A DNA stretch of 61,412 nucleotides, the filler included. It is 2 parts of 2 records of this genome, joined end to end, with 100 filler letters (N's around TTAATTAATTAA, not from the genome) between each part and the next. Parts side by side here need not be neighbours in the genome. Positions count along the whole stretch, not along the records: positions 30,657 to 61,412 come from SRR20825019_1888; 1 more part is not named here. One strand, 5' to 3'. The translations under genes were made by a program, and so were the position numbers. The notes under the pieces are model-generated. The model was not told the DNA's origin and searched no databases. It saw only the letters and a list, made by a program, of their open reading frames with translations. Shown here piece after piece: positions 47,922-58,220 of the stretch (position 1 is the stretch's first letter; every line of letters starts with the position of its first letter).

Positions 47922-49937
47922 TCAGAGCATGTTGCGGGGGATCGATTCTTCGAAATCTTTATCGAAGATCAGCTCGCCTGCCTCATAGGCTTCGATCCGG
48001 CCGGTGACATGGAAATGCGTCTTATCGCCGGTCAGCGTGCAATAGGTCTCCGTGCTGACATTCCAGTCGCCTCGGGACAGGCCCTGACTCCAGTGGGTCT
48101 CCATTCGGGCGCTGAGCGGATCGCCCGGCTGGATTGAATAGGTCTCCCGGGCGACATGGTCCGCCGTCAGATCGATCTCGACAATCCGGTCAGAGCCGAA
48201 ATCATCCAGGATCGAGATGCTCTGCCGGCCGGTCTCCGCATCGGTCGTGATTGTCCGCGTGTTCCTCGCGGGCCTCAGGACATCCTTCTGCAGCGGGGGA
48301 GCCGCCTCTGCTTCGGCAAAGGGTGTGTAGGGGCAATCGGTACCGTCCGTGGGACGCAGGGGCAGGGAGAGGCTGCTGCTGCCTTCCTGGAGGGTGATTG
48401 TCGCGGCTTCCGGTGCCGGCCAGATCATCGGCCAGTAGTTGGTCGACAGGGCGACCCGTACCCGGTGGCCCGGAGGCATGGCATAGGCAATATCGTCCAG
48501 CCGGAGAGACACGCGATAGCGTTTGCCGGGCGAAAGCGCTTCCGGATGCTCGTGGCTGTCCCGGTGGGTCAAGTTCAGCACGCCGTAGGTGATCCGGGTC
48601 GCCGATCCGTCCGGCGCGATGTCGTTCAGCCGGGCGATCAGGTGCGCGACCGGTTTGTCCGATGAGATCTCAAGATCGAGCACTGGCGCGCCAAGGATCT
48701 CCATCCGGCCGTCCAGCGGCGCGGTTTCGAAACAGACGGAGCCCGCATCGTCCACCCGCTGATCCGTCGGTCCTTCCGGGCCGAGCCAGATCATGCAGTA
48801 TTCCCCGCCTGCCTGACCGACCGTCTCGGGGGAGCGTATCAGCGTTTCGGCGCTGCTACCCGGTGCGTCCTTCAGGCGGCCGTCCTGCAAATAGAAGCGC
48901 GTGGCTTCGACGTTCGGGCTTGGCCAGCTCTGCTCGCCGAGCCAGCGTCCGTCGCGGGTCTTGTAAGCGGCTTTCGGCGGCACGGAGTTCTGCATATAGA
49001 CCCGGAACGCCGGGTCCTGTTCGACACCGCGATCGATCCCCTTCAGCCAGTGATCCCACCAGCGTAAGGACTCCTGCAGGAAACCGATGGCCGGGCCGGG
49101 CACGGCGAAATGCGGATATTTATGCAGCCAGGGGCCGACAATTCCCCGGACGAAGCCCGGCAGATTCTCCAGCATGCGCGGCACCGCGTTGCTGTAGGCA
49201 TCGGACCAGCCGCCAACGGCCAGCACCGGGACGGTCATGCGGGAATAATCCTCGCAGACCGAGCCATGCTTCCAGAATGCGTCGCGGGTCTGGTGGTGTA
49301 GCCAGTTGGCGATCAGCAGCGGCTCGGCCTCGAGCCGTTTCAACCAGGTCTCGCGCCAGCTCTCGCCAACCAGTGCCGGGTCCGGCGGCCGCGAGGAATA
49401 GGACAGCATGGTCGAGGACCAGCCCATATTCTCGTTTAGCATTGCCCCGCCCTTGTAGTGGATGTCGTCCGCATAGCGGTCATCCGTAGAGCAGATGGTG
49501 ATCACGGCCTTCAAGGCCTCGGGCTGGCGGTAGGCCACCTGCAACCCGTTGAAGCCGCCCCAGGAGATGCCGATCATGCCGACGGCGCCGGAGCACCAGG
49601 GCTGGCTGGTGATCCAGTCGATCACCTCCAGTGCATCATCCTGTTCCTGGGCCAGATATTCGTCTTCCATGATGCCGTCGGACTCACCATTGCCGCGCAT
49701 GTCTACGCGGATCGCGGCATAGCCGTGGCCGGCGAAATAGGGATGGGTCAGGGCATCGCGGGCCGATGTTCCGTCGCGCTTGCGATAGGGAAGATATTCG
49801 AGGATCGCCGGGACCGGGGCGTTCTCGGCCCCTTCCGGAAGCCAGATCCGGGCGGCCACGCGGCAGCCGTCGCTGAGGGTAATCCAGCAGTTCTCGATTT
49901 CCCGCACGGCATGCGGAAATTGTCCGACAGTTTGCAT
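47922..49937 (-). CDS. CocE/NonD family serine hydrolase (peptidase S15)
   Basis: EYLPYRKRD, DMRGNGES.G, GISWGGF nucleophile, GPWLH. Confidence 0.92.
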   Translation of the reverse strand: MQTVGQFPHAVREIENCWITLSDGCRVAARIWLPEGAENAPVPAILEYLPYRKRDGTSARDALTHPYFAGHGYAAIRVDMRGNGESDGIMEDEYLAQEQDDALEVIDWITSQPWCSGAVGMIGISWGGFNGLQVAYRQPEALKAVITICSTDDRYADDIHYKGGAMLNENMGWSSTMLSYSSRPPDPALVGESWRETWLKRLEAEPLLIANWLHHQTRDAFWKHGSVCEDYSRMTVPVLAVGGWSDAYSNAVPRMLENLPGFVRGIVGPWLHKYPHFAVPGPAIGFLQESLRWWDHWLKGIDRGVEQDPAFRVYMQNSVPPKAAYKTRDGRWLGEQSWPSPNVEATRFYLQDGRLKDAPGSSAETLIRSPETVGQAGGEYCMIWLGPEGPTDQRVDDAGSVCFETAPLDGRMEILGAPVLDLEISSDKPVAHLIARLNDIAPDGSATRITYGVLNLTHRDSHEHPEALSPGKRYRVSLRLDDIAYAMPPGHRVRVALSTNYWPMIWPAPEAATITLQEGSSSLSLPLRPTDGTDCPYTPFAEAEAAPPLQKDVLRPARNTRTITTDAETGRQSISILDDFGSDRIVEIDLTADHVARETYSIQPGDPLSARMETHWSQGLSRGDWNVSTETYCTLTGDKTHFHVTGRIEAYEAGELIFDKDFEESIPRNML

Positions 49938-49959
49938 TGAGGCTCCAGGCGCCTTCGGT

Positions 49960-51624
49960 TTAGTGGTCCGCTGCTTTCAGAACCCGGCCCTGCTTCGCCA
50001 GCTCGGCCCGTTCGGCCAGCAGCTTGTCGAGCCAGTCCGGATCCATTTCCGGCACGGAGGACAGCAGCAGGTCGGTATAATCGTGATGCGGCGGCTTGAA
50101 CATTTCCGTCTTCGAGCCGTGCTCCACGACCTTGCCCTGCAGCATCACCACAACCTCGTCCGCGATGGCGCGCACCGTCGCAAGATCATGGGTGATGAAC
50201 ATGTAGGACAGATCGAGCTCGTCCTGCAGGCGTTGCAGCAGCTTCAGGATCTCTTCGGCAACAAGCTGGTCGAGCGCGGAAGTGACCTCGTCGCAGATGA
50301 TCAGCTGCGGCTCGGCCGCAAGGGCGCGGGCGATACAGATCCGCTGCTTCTGGCCACCCGAAAGTTCCGTCGACAGCCGGTCGATATAATCGTCCGGCTC
50401 CAGCTCAATCAGGGACAGCAGCTCGCGCACTCGATCTTCCAGCTGCTTGCCGCTCAGCCCGAGATAGAAAGCGACCGGCCGGCCGATGATGTCCCGGATG
50501 CGCTGGCGCGGGTTAAGCGCGGTGTCTGGCATCTGGTAGATCATCTGCATGCGGCGGAGCTGGCTCTTGTCGCGCTGTTTGTAGCTGAGGGGCAGGATCT
50601 CGCCGTTATAGCTGACGCTGCCGGACGAGGCCGGCAACAGACCGGTGATGACCCGGGCAAGCGTGCTCTTGCCTGAGCCGGATTCCCCGACGACCGCAAC
50701 CGTCCGCTTCTTGTGAATATCGACGGACACGCCATGCAGGACCGGCACGTCGCCATAGCTTGCCGTGACGTTGTCGACCCGGAGCAACGGCTCTTCGCCG
50801 ACCGGATTGGCCATCTCCTCGCTCTTGAAGCTGCGCACCGCCAGAAGGTTCTGCGTATAGGCTTCCTTCGGGTCGGCCAGCATGGAGCGGGTTTCGCCCT
50901 CCTCGACCAGATTTCCGTGCCGCAGCACCATGATCCGGTCTGCCATCTGGGCGACGACGGCGAGATCGTGGGTGATGTAGATGGCGGCCGTATCGAAGGC
51001 TTCGACGGCATCGCGGATCGCGGCCAGGACCTCGATCTGGGTGGTCACGTCGAGTGCCGTTGTCGGCTCGTCGAAGATGATCAGGTCCGGTTTGCAGGAC
51101 ATCGCCATGGCGGTCATGGCGCGTTGTAGCTGCCCGCCGGAAACCTGGTGCGGATAGCGCAGACCGATCCCGTCCGGATCGGGCAATTGCAGCCGGGCGA
51201 AAAGCTCGCGGGCTTCTTCCTGAGAGGTGGATTTGTCCGACAGGCCGTGCTGCACCGGCGCTTCGGTAAACTGGTCGATCAGCCGGTGCGCCGGGTTAAA
51301 GGCGGCTGCCGCACTCTGCGCGACATAGGCGATGCGGGATCCCCAGATATGCCGCTTTTCTGAGTCTTCCATCGCCGCCAGATCCATGCCGTCGAACTGG
51401 ATCTCGCCGCCGGTGATCCGGCAGCCGTCGCGGGCGTAGCCCATGGCGGCGAGGCCGATGGTGGATTTACCGGCCCCGGATTCGCCGATCAGGCCGAGAA
51501 CCTCGCCCTTGCGCAGGTCGAGATCGACCCCGTGCACGATTTCCTGCCAGCTATCGCCGCTCATGCCCTCGATACGCAATCCGCGGATACGAAGGAGAAT
51601 GTTTTGGTCGCTTTGCTCGCTCAT
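49960..51624 (-). CDS. Peptide/nickel ABC transporter dual ATP-binding protein
   Basis: Two Walker A motifs ([18 protein letters not shown]) and two SGGQ signatures. Confidence 0.95.
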   Translation of the reverse strand: MSEQSDQNILLRIRGLRIEGMSGDSWQEIVHGVDLDLRKGEVLGLIGESGAGKSTIGLAAMGYARDGCRITGGEIQFDGMDLAAMEDSEKRHIWGSRIAYVAQSAAAAFNPAHRLIDQFTEAPVQHGLSDKSTSQEEARELFARLQLPDPDGIGLRYPHQVSGGQLQRAMTAMAMSCKPDLIIFDEPTTALDVTTQIEVLAAIRDAVEAFDTAAIYITHDLAVVAQMADRIMVLRHGNLVEEGETRSMLADPKEAYTQNLLAVRSFKSEEMANPVGEEPLLRVDNVTASYGDVPVLHGVSVDIHKKRTVAVVGESGSGKSTLARVITGLLPASSGSVSYNGEILPLSYKQRDKSQLRRMQMIYQMPDTALNPRQRIRDIIGRPVAFYLGLSGKQLEDRVRELLSLIELEPDDYIDRLSTELSGGQKQRICIARALAAEPQLIICDEVTSALDQLVAEEILKLLQRLQDELDLSYMFITHDLATVRAIADEVVVMLQGKVVEHGSKTEMFKPPHHDYTDLLLSSVPEMDPDWLDKLLAERAELAKQGRVLKAADH

Positions 51625-52448
51625 TCTTTCAATCCGCTTGCCTTGTGGAGGAACCAGTCGACGACGAAATTCACCGCGACGGTCAGCAGCGCAATGGCTG
51701 CCGCCGGTACCAGAGGCGTGATGTCGCCGAAGGTCATGAGGGTGGCGTTATCACGCACCATGCTGCCCCAGTCGGCGGTCGGCGGCTGAATGCCGAGGCC
51801 AAGGAAGCTGAGGGCGCTGATGAACAGGAACACGAAGCAGAAGCGCAGGCCGAATTCCGCCACCAGCGGGGGCAGGGCATTCGGCAGCACTTCGCGGCTC
51901 ATGATCCACCACAGGCCTTCACCGCGCAGACGGGCCGCCTCGACGTAATCCATGACCACGACACCCATCGCAACCGCGCGGGCCAGACGGAACACACGGG
52001 TCGATTCAAGGACGGCGATGACCAGAACCATGTTCATGATCGAGGTGCCGACGATGGTGAGCACGAGAAGACCGAAGATCAGGGCCGGGATGGCCATCAG
52101 AACATCGACGATCCGGGACAGAAGCTGATCGACCCAGCCGGAGATGGCAGCGGCAAGAAAGCCGGTGACCGAGCCGAGCAGAAAAGCGAGGCCGGTTGTC
52201 AGGAAGGCGATCCCGATGGTGTTTCGCGCGCCGTAGATCAGCCGGGTCAGCATGTCCCGGCCGAGACTGTCGGTGCCGAGGATGAATTCCTCGCCCCAGA
52301 GCTCGAATTCCGCGCCGACGATTTCCGTTTCGCCATAAGGCGTCAGCACCGGCGCGAAGATGGCGACGAAGGCGTAGCCGAGAATGACGACGATGCCAAA
52401 CTTGGCGCTCCATGGCGCGCTGGCCAGTAGTTTGAGGGTGGCGTTCAT
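51621..52448 (-). CDS. Peptide ABC transporter permease (DppC-like)
   Basis: LGTDSLGRD, YVEAARLRG, LSFLGLG..PP..WG. Confidence 0.93.
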   Translation of the reverse strand: MNATLKLLASAPWSAKFGIVVILGYAFVAIFAPVLTPYGETEIVGAEFELWGEEFILGTDSLGRDMLTRLIYGARNTIGIAFLTTGLAFLLGSVTGFLAAAISGWVDQLLSRIVDVLMAIPALIFGLLVLTIVGTSIMNMVLVIAVLESTRVFRLARAVAMGVVVMDYVEAARLRGEGLWWIMSREVLPNALPPLVAEFGLRFCFVFLFISALSFLGLGIQPPTADWGSMVRDNATLMTFGDITPLVPAAAIALLTVAVNFVVDWFLHKASGLKE

Positions 52449-52461
52449 TGGACTTCCTCCC

Positions 52462-53418
52462 TCAACGCGGATGCAGCAGGCGCGGGTTTGTCAGAATCGA
52501 CAGAATGTCCGCGAGCAGGTTGAGTAAGACGTATGTGCCGGCAAAGATCATGGCGGATGCCTGCACCACGGGCAGATCGCGCTTCGAGACCGAATCGACC
52601 ATGAGCTGGCCCAGGCCCGGATAGACGAACACCACCTCGACCACCACGACGCCGACGATCAGATAGGCGAGGTTGATGACGACGACATTGATGATCGGTG
52701 CGAGAGCGTTCGGCAGGGCATGCTTGACGATGACCCGTGCCTTGCTGAGACCTTTCAGGTTCGCCATCTCGATATAGGGGCTGGCGAGCAGGTTGATGAT
52801 CGCCGCCCGTGTCATCCGCATCATGTGTGCGACAACGACGAGGGTGAGCGTCAGGGCCGGCAGCAGGACCTTGTAGACCTTCTCCCAGAAGGGGGTCGTG
52901 TCGCTGATATTGGCGATGGAGGGGAAGATCGGGAAGGTCACCGAAAGCAGGAAGATCAGGATATAGGCAACAAAGAATTCGGGAAACGAAATGGAGCTCA
53001 GCGTCACTACGTTGACCGCACGATCGTAGAAGGAGTGGCGGTACAGCGCGGCCAGGACCCCGAGCGTCAGAGCGAGCGGTACGGATATCGCGGCAGCGGT
53101 AACAGCAAGGAACAGGGTGTTACCGAAGCGCAGGCCGATCAGCTCGGATATCTCGCGCTTGTTTGCAAGGGAGCGGCCCATATCGCCCTGGAGCATGCCC
53201 CAGAGCCAGTCGAAATACCGTATGTGGGCAGGAACATCGAGGCCGAGTTCAGCGCGGAACGCGGCAACAGTCTCTGGTGTGGCGCTCTGGCCGAGAATTT
53301 CTTCCGCGATATCGCCTGGAAGAAGTTCGATTCCGAGAAAAATAATGAGCGAAACAATGAAAAGCGTAAGGAAGCCCAGCGCAAAGCGCTGGGCAACCAT
53401 TTTCAGGATTTGTGTCAT
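52462..53418 (-). CDS. Peptide ABC transporter permease (DppB-like)
   Basis: LPGD, GDMGRS, KHALPNA, VEVVF.YPGLG, RDLPVVQ. Confidence 0.93.
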   Translation of the reverse strand: MTQILKMVAQRFALGFLTLFIVSLIIFLGIELLPGDIAEEILGQSATPETVAAFRAELGLDVPAHIRYFDWLWGMLQGDMGRSLANKREISELIGLRFGNTLFLAVTAAAISVPLALTLGVLAALYRHSFYDRAVNVVTLSSISFPEFFVAYILIFLLSVTFPIFPSIANISDTTPFWEKVYKVLLPALTLTLVVVAHMMRMTRAAIINLLASPYIEMANLKGLSKARVIVKHALPNALAPIINVVVINLAYLIVGVVVVEVVFVYPGLGQLMVDSVSKRDLPVVQASAMIFAGTYVLLNLLADILSILTNPRLLHPR

Positions 53419-53432
53419 GCGGGTGACCTCCT

Positions 53433-55016
53433 TCAGGCGAAGGACCACCGTTCCGCAAATTTACAGCCGTCGATTTCCCAGTTACCGGCCATCTGCTCGG
53501 ACGGCACGATCTTGTCGGATGCGGCGAACACATAGTTGGCGAACATCGGGACGACAACGCCACCGTCATTGCTGACGATTTCCTGCATCTCGTAATACAT
53601 GGTCCGGCGCTTGTCGCTGTCGAGCTCGGCGCGGGCCGCGAGGAGCAGCTCGTTGAACCGGTCATGTTTCCAGAACGTGTCGTTCCAGTCCGCACCGGCG
53701 GCATAAGCCGTGGTGAACATCCAGTCTTCGGTCGGACGGCCGCCCCAATAGCAGGCGCACCAGCCCTTTTTCATCCAGACGTTCGACCAGTAGCCGTCAT
53801 TCGGCTCGCGCACGACTTCGATATCGATGCCAGCCTTGGCCGCATGCTCCTTGTAGAGCACGGCCGCATCGACGGCGCCCGGGAAGGCCGCGTCGGCGGC
53901 GGAAAGCTGGATCGTCGTGCCTTCCATGCCGGCTTTCTTGAAGTGGAACTTCGCCTTGTCCGGATCGTACATCCGCTGGGCAAGATCGCCCGCGTGATAC
54001 TGGTTGGTCGGGCTGATCGGATGGTCGTTACCGACAACGCCATGGCCGCGCAGGATCTTCTTCACCAGCTCTTCGCGGTCGAGAGAATATTTCAGTGCCA
54101 GACGCAGGTCGTTCTTGTCGAACGGTGCCGTGTCGGTGCGCATCGGCATGGTGTAGTGCTTGTAGCCCACCGTCTCCATGACGTTGATGCCCTTCGATCG
54201 CTTCAGAAGGTGCACCGTCTTCAGGTCGGCCCGGTCCATCATGTCGATTTCACCGGTGGTCAGAGCGTTCTGACGGGCGGCGAGGTCGATGATGGTGATC
54301 AGCTCGACGGAGTCGAAATGGCCACGGTCGGACTTGAAGTAGTTCTTGTTCTTGGTCGCTTTCATGCGCACGCCCGGCTCGTAGCTCTCGAGCACGTACG
54401 GGCCGGTGCCGATGCCTTCGGTCGGGTCGATCTTGCCGTTTTTGGCCGGCTTGATGGCGATATGATAATCGCTGATCACATACGGGAAATCGGCATTACC
54501 GGCCTTGAGTTCGATAATGACTTCGTTCTTGCCGTCGGACTTCATCGATGCGACCTGCGTCAGCAGGGATTTCGCCGCGGACTTGGTGTCTTCGCCCATG
54601 TGATATTCGATGGAGGCGATCACGTCGGAGGCTTCAAGGGTCTTGCCGTTGTGGAATTCGACATCCTTGCGCAGCTTGAAGGACCAGACCTTGGCGTCCG
54701 GGGAGGCTTCCCAGCTTTCCGCCAGTTCCGGCTGTACGGCGCCGGTATGGTCGACTTCGCCGAGATGGTTGAACAGGGTGTAGTCGAGGGACAGCGAGAA
54801 GCCGTTCTCCCAGGTCGCCGGGTCGAGCGAATCTGTGGTCGAACCGTGCGCGATACCGGCCCGCAAATGGCCGCCCTTTTTGGCTGCGTAGGCTTTTTTA
54901 CCCAGCAATGTTGAAGTGGATGCGGCTGTCACACCGAGTGCTGCGGTGCCGCCAAGAAAACCTCGACGGGAAACGCCGGCACCCAGTGCTGACGCGAGCT
55001 TGTTGTTCGATTTCAT
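53433..55016 (-). CDS. Peptide ABC transporter substrate-binding protein, Tat-exported
   Basis: SRRGFL twin-arginine motif, PELAESWE, FHNG, GTGPY. Confidence 0.93.
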   Translation of the reverse strand: MKSNNKLASALGAGVSRRGFLGGTAALGVTAASTSTLLGKKAYAAKKGGHLRAGIAHGSTTDSLDPATWENGFSLSLDYTLFNHLGEVDHTGAVQPELAESWEASPDAKVWSFKLRKDVEFHNGKTLEASDVIASIEYHMGEDTKSAAKSLLTQVASMKSDGKNEVIIELKAGNADFPYVISDYHIAIKPAKNGKIDPTEGIGTGPYVLESYEPGVRMKATKNKNYFKSDRGHFDSVELITIIDLAARQNALTTGEIDMMDRADLKTVHLLKRSKGINVMETVGYKHYTMPMRTDTAPFDKNDLRLALKYSLDREELVKKILRGHGVVGNDHPISPTNQYHAGDLAQRMYDPDKAKFHFKKAGMEGTTIQLSAADAAFPGAVDAAVLYKEHAAKAGIDIEVVREPNDGYWSNVWMKKGWCACYWGGRPTEDWMFTTAYAAGADWNDTFWKHDRFNELLLAARAELDSDKRRTMYYEMQEIVSNDGGVVVPMFANYVFAASDKIVPSEQMAGNWEIDGCKFAERWSFA

Positions 55017-55252
55017 TAGAGCCTCCTGTTTTGCCAAACCTGTGCGCCGATTATTGTTCTTGCTTTGTTAGGCGCTTATCCGATTGATCGGATGAACTTG
55101 AATACGAGGACGCAATAGTACGGGATACCGAATTTAAATCAACATGGTCCGGTGGGGATTGTGGGCGCTGGCGTGATTTACGCCCTGCAAATCGGTGGCG
55201 ATCAGGTGGTGCCATGCTATATGCAGGGCGCGTCTTACATGGATTGAACTGA

Positions 55253-57085
55253 ATGGCCAAAAAATCGGACCGGACAAAAATCAGGATCACGGATGAAGCC
55301 AGTCTGTCGCTGCTGCGGCGCGTGGTTCGGGATCTTGTCAGGCCTTATACGGGACGATTGATCCTCGCGGTCATCTGCATGGTGCTGGTCGCCGGCGCGA
55401 CCGCCGCATCGGCCTGGCTGATGGACCCGATGGTGAACAAGATTTTCATCGAAAAGGATCTGTCGGTGCTCTGGCTGGTCGCCGGTGCCGTGGTTGCGAC
55501 CTTCTTCGTAAAGAGCGTTGCGACCTATGTGCAGGAAGTGCTCGTCGGCTATGTCGGCCAGCGGGTGGTCGCTGATACCCAGGCCCGGCTCTACCGGCAT
55601 CTGATTCATCTTGATCTCGGCCTGTTCCAGGACCGGCACAGCGGCACTCTGATCTCGCACTTCACCTTCGACATAAACGCCATGCGCAATGCGGTGGCGA
55701 ATGCTCTGGTTGGCCTTGGACGGGACACCCTCTCCGTCATCTTCCTCGTCGCGGTGATGTTTTATCAGGAGTGGATGCTGGCCTGCATCACCTTCGTCGT
55801 CGCCCCGCTCTCGGCCTATCCGATCCGGCAGCTCGGCAAGCGGATGCGCCGGGTCTCGGCCGACACGCAGATAGAAATGGGCGCGATGACCACCCTGCTG
55901 ACCCAGGGGTTCCAGGGCATCCGGATGATCAAGTCCTTTGGCCTGGAGGAAAATGAGACCGGCCGGATTCAGGGACTGGTGGAACGGATCTTCCGGCTGA
56001 ACTACCGGGGTGTCCGGGTCAAGGCAGCCCCGCAGCCGATCATCGATTTTCTCGGCGGGGTCGCCGTTGCGGCGGTGATCGCCTATGGCGGCGCGCGGGT
56101 GATTGAGGGGCACACGTCCCCGGGCGCCTTTTTCTCGTTCATTGCCGCGACCCTGATGGCCTATCAGCCGTTGCGGGCACTGGGCAAGATCAACACCAAT
56201 CTCCAGGAAGGTCTCGCTGCCGCCCAGAGGATTTTCGCACTGCTTGACCAGGAGCCGAGGATCAAGAATGCACCGGGAGCAAAGCCACTGCCCCGGGCCG
56301 CCGGAGCGGTAAAGTTCGACGCTGTCCGGTTTACCTATGGCGCGGCGGCACCGGTTGAAGGTGGCGTGGCGCCGGATGCCGCCCTCAATGGTGTCAGTTT
56401 CGAGGCGCCGGCCGGCAAGGTCACGGCGCTGGTAGGACCTTCGGGCGCGGGCAAGAGCACGGTCTTGTCGATGATCCCCCGCTTCTACGATCCGGCGGGC
56501 GGGAGCGTTCAGGTCAACGGCCTCGATATCCGGACCGTGACCATTGACAGTGTCCGCGAAGCGCTTGCCATTGTCAGTCAGGATGTCGTGCTGTTCGACG
56601 ATTCCGTCATCAACAATATCCGTTTCGGCCGGCTCGACGCGAGCGATGAGGAAGTGCGGGCCGCGGCCCGTGCGGCGGCGGCGGATGATTTCATCGTGGC
56701 ATTGCCGAATGGTTATGAAACCGTGATTGGCGAGCAGGGCACGAAGCTCTCCGGCGGGCAGCGTCAGCGGCTGGCGATTGCCCGGGCCATTCTGAAGGAT
56801 GCGCCGATCCTGCTGCTGGACGAGGCCACCAGCGCGCTGGATACCGAGTCCGAGCGGCAGATCCAGAATGCGCTGAAGGTTCTGATGAAAGGGCGGACAA
56901 CCATCGTCATTGCCCATCGGCTTTCGACCATTCAGCACGCGGACGTGATCCATGTTTTTGATGGCGGGCGTGTGGTTGAAAGCGGGACCCACGCTGCACT
57001 CATCGGTGATGCCGGTCTCTATGCGCATCTGCACGCACTGCAATTCGGGCCGGGCGATGCGGCGCACAAAGAAAGCCCTGTCTAG
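55253..57085 (+). CDS. msbA: Lipid A export ABC transporter (MsbA-like)
   Basis: TM domain fused to an ABC domain (GPSGAGKS, LSGGQRQR, LDEATSALD); lipid A acyltransferase nearby. Confidence 0.8.
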   Translation: MAKKSDRTKIRITDEASLSLLRRVVRDLVRPYTGRLILAVICMVLVAGATAASAWLMDPMVNKIFIEKDLSVLWLVAGAVVATFFVKSVATYVQEVLVGYVGQRVVADTQARLYRHLIHLDLGLFQDRHSGTLISHFTFDINAMRNAVANALVGLGRDTLSVIFLVAVMFYQEWMLACITFVVAPLSAYPIRQLGKRMRRVSADTQIEMGAMTTLLTQGFQGIRMIKSFGLEENETGRIQGLVERIFRLNYRGVRVKAAPQPIIDFLGGVAVAAVIAYGGARVIEGHTSPGAFFSFIAATLMAYQPLRALGKINTNLQEGLAAAQRIFALLDQEPRIKNAPGAKPLPRAAGAVKFDAVRFTYGAAAPVEGGVAPDAALNGVSFEAPAGKVTALVGPSGAGKSTVLSMIPRFYDPAGGSVQVNGLDIRTVTIDSVREALAIVSQDVVLFDDSVINNIRFGRLDASDEEVRAAARAAAADDFIVALPNGYETVIGEQGTKLSGGQRQRLAIARAILKDAPILLLDEATSALDTESERQIQNALKVLMKGRTTIVIAHRLSTIQHADVIHVFDGGRVVESGTHAALIGDAGLYAHLHALQFGPGDAAHKESPV

Positions 57086-57140
57086 CCGGATCGGTATTTC
57101 GAAAATTTAACGAATTTTTAGCTGTATTTACCCCAGTGTA

Positions 57141-57170
57141 GGTCAATTGATCGTTGGTCAATTGATCATT
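57141..57170 (+). repeat. 15-bp direct repeat in the promoter region of the SBP gene
   Basis: GGTCAATTGATCGTT GGTCAATTGATCATT. Confidence 0.8.
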
Positions 57171-57221
57171 GCACAGCGCCGGCTGTTTGCGGGCGCTTGT
57201 CAATTTACAAGGGGATCAAGA

Positions 57222-58193
57222 ATGAGACGCCTATTCCTCATTTGGTTTCCGGCGCTTGTTTTCATTCTTGCTGTTGGCGGCCGGACACACTCAGTGCACG
57301 CAGCTCAACCGGTTATCGGAGCCACGAAGACCGCGATACTGTTCTGGCTCGCCGATGAGCTCGGCTATATCAAATCAGCGGGTTTCGAGGCCAGGATGTA
57401 CCAGTCCGGAACCCTGACGACCCGGGATCTCGTGGACGGCAAGATCCAGTTCGCGACCGGATCGCATGTGGCATTTGTGGCGAGCGCCCTGAAATCTCCC
57501 GATCTGCGCATCGTCAGCACGCTCTCCACGTCCCGGACGGCCAAGCTCGTCGGACGCAGGGATCAGCTCGATCAGAGCGTGGCATCCCTTGCCGGGAAAA
57601 ACGTGGGGATCACGCGATCCAGTATCGGCGAATATTTTCTTGCGAGTTTTCTCGCCCTTAACGGCATGCGTCTGTCCGACCTCAATATTGTTGATCTGAA
57701 GCCGGGCGATATCGTTACGGGGCTTGCAAACGGAGATCTGGCCGCCGGGCTGACATGGGAGCCGTATGTCTATCAGGCACGGGAAGCTCTCGGCGATCTG
57801 GCTCTCGGTTATCCCGGGCAGGAGGGGCAGTATTATTACTTCCTGCTGGTTGGCCGCGACGGCTGGCTGTCCGGGAACAGTGCCAGGACGGCCGACCTCA
57901 TGCGGGCCCTTCTGAAGGCGGAGGAGTTCGCGCAGACCAATCCGGACCGGGCCAGGAAAATGATCACGAAGAAGTACGGGCTGGACCCGGCATTCGTTGA
58001 TTATCTGTGGCCGGAGCACAGTCTTACGGTCGCGTTGCCCCAGGACCTGGTGCGGCTGATGGAAGAGGCTGTAATCTGGCGCGCCGAGGCGCAAGGGGGC
58101 ATGCCGGGCGGCGGGTTGCCGAACATGCTTGGCTTTCTGCATAGCGCACCTCTGCGTTCTGTCTCTCCGGAAGCTGTCGGGGTCTTCGAGTGA
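57222..58193 (+). CDS. Substrate-binding protein, NitT/TauT/SsuA-like
   Basis: Signal peptide, LAGKNVG, G.L.A..TWEP, RALLKA; no permease adjacent. Confidence 0.8.
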   Translation: MRRLFLIWFPALVFILAVGGRTHSVHAAQPVIGATKTAILFWLADELGYIKSAGFEARMYQSGTLTTRDLVDGKIQFATGSHVAFVASALKSPDLRIVSTLSTSRTAKLVGRRDQLDQSVASLAGKNVGITRSSIGEYFLASFLALNGMRLSDLNIVDLKPGDIVTGLANGDLAAGLTWEPYVYQAREALGDLALGYPGQEGQYYYFLLVGRDGWLSGNSARTADLMRALLKAEEFAQTNPDRARKMITKKYGLDPAFVDYLWPEHSLTVALPQDLVRLMEEAVIWRAEAQGGMPGGGLPNMLGFLHSAPLRSVSPEAVGVFE

Positions 58194-58220
58194 CCTGGGC
58201 GCACAGATAGAGACGGTCAG

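Noticed and set aside
55235-57067. 610-aa antisense ORF
   Set aside because: Mirror frame of msbA.
57147-57161. FNR/FixK box
   Set aside because: TTGAT-N5-GTCAA has the wrong spacing and arises from the direct repeat.
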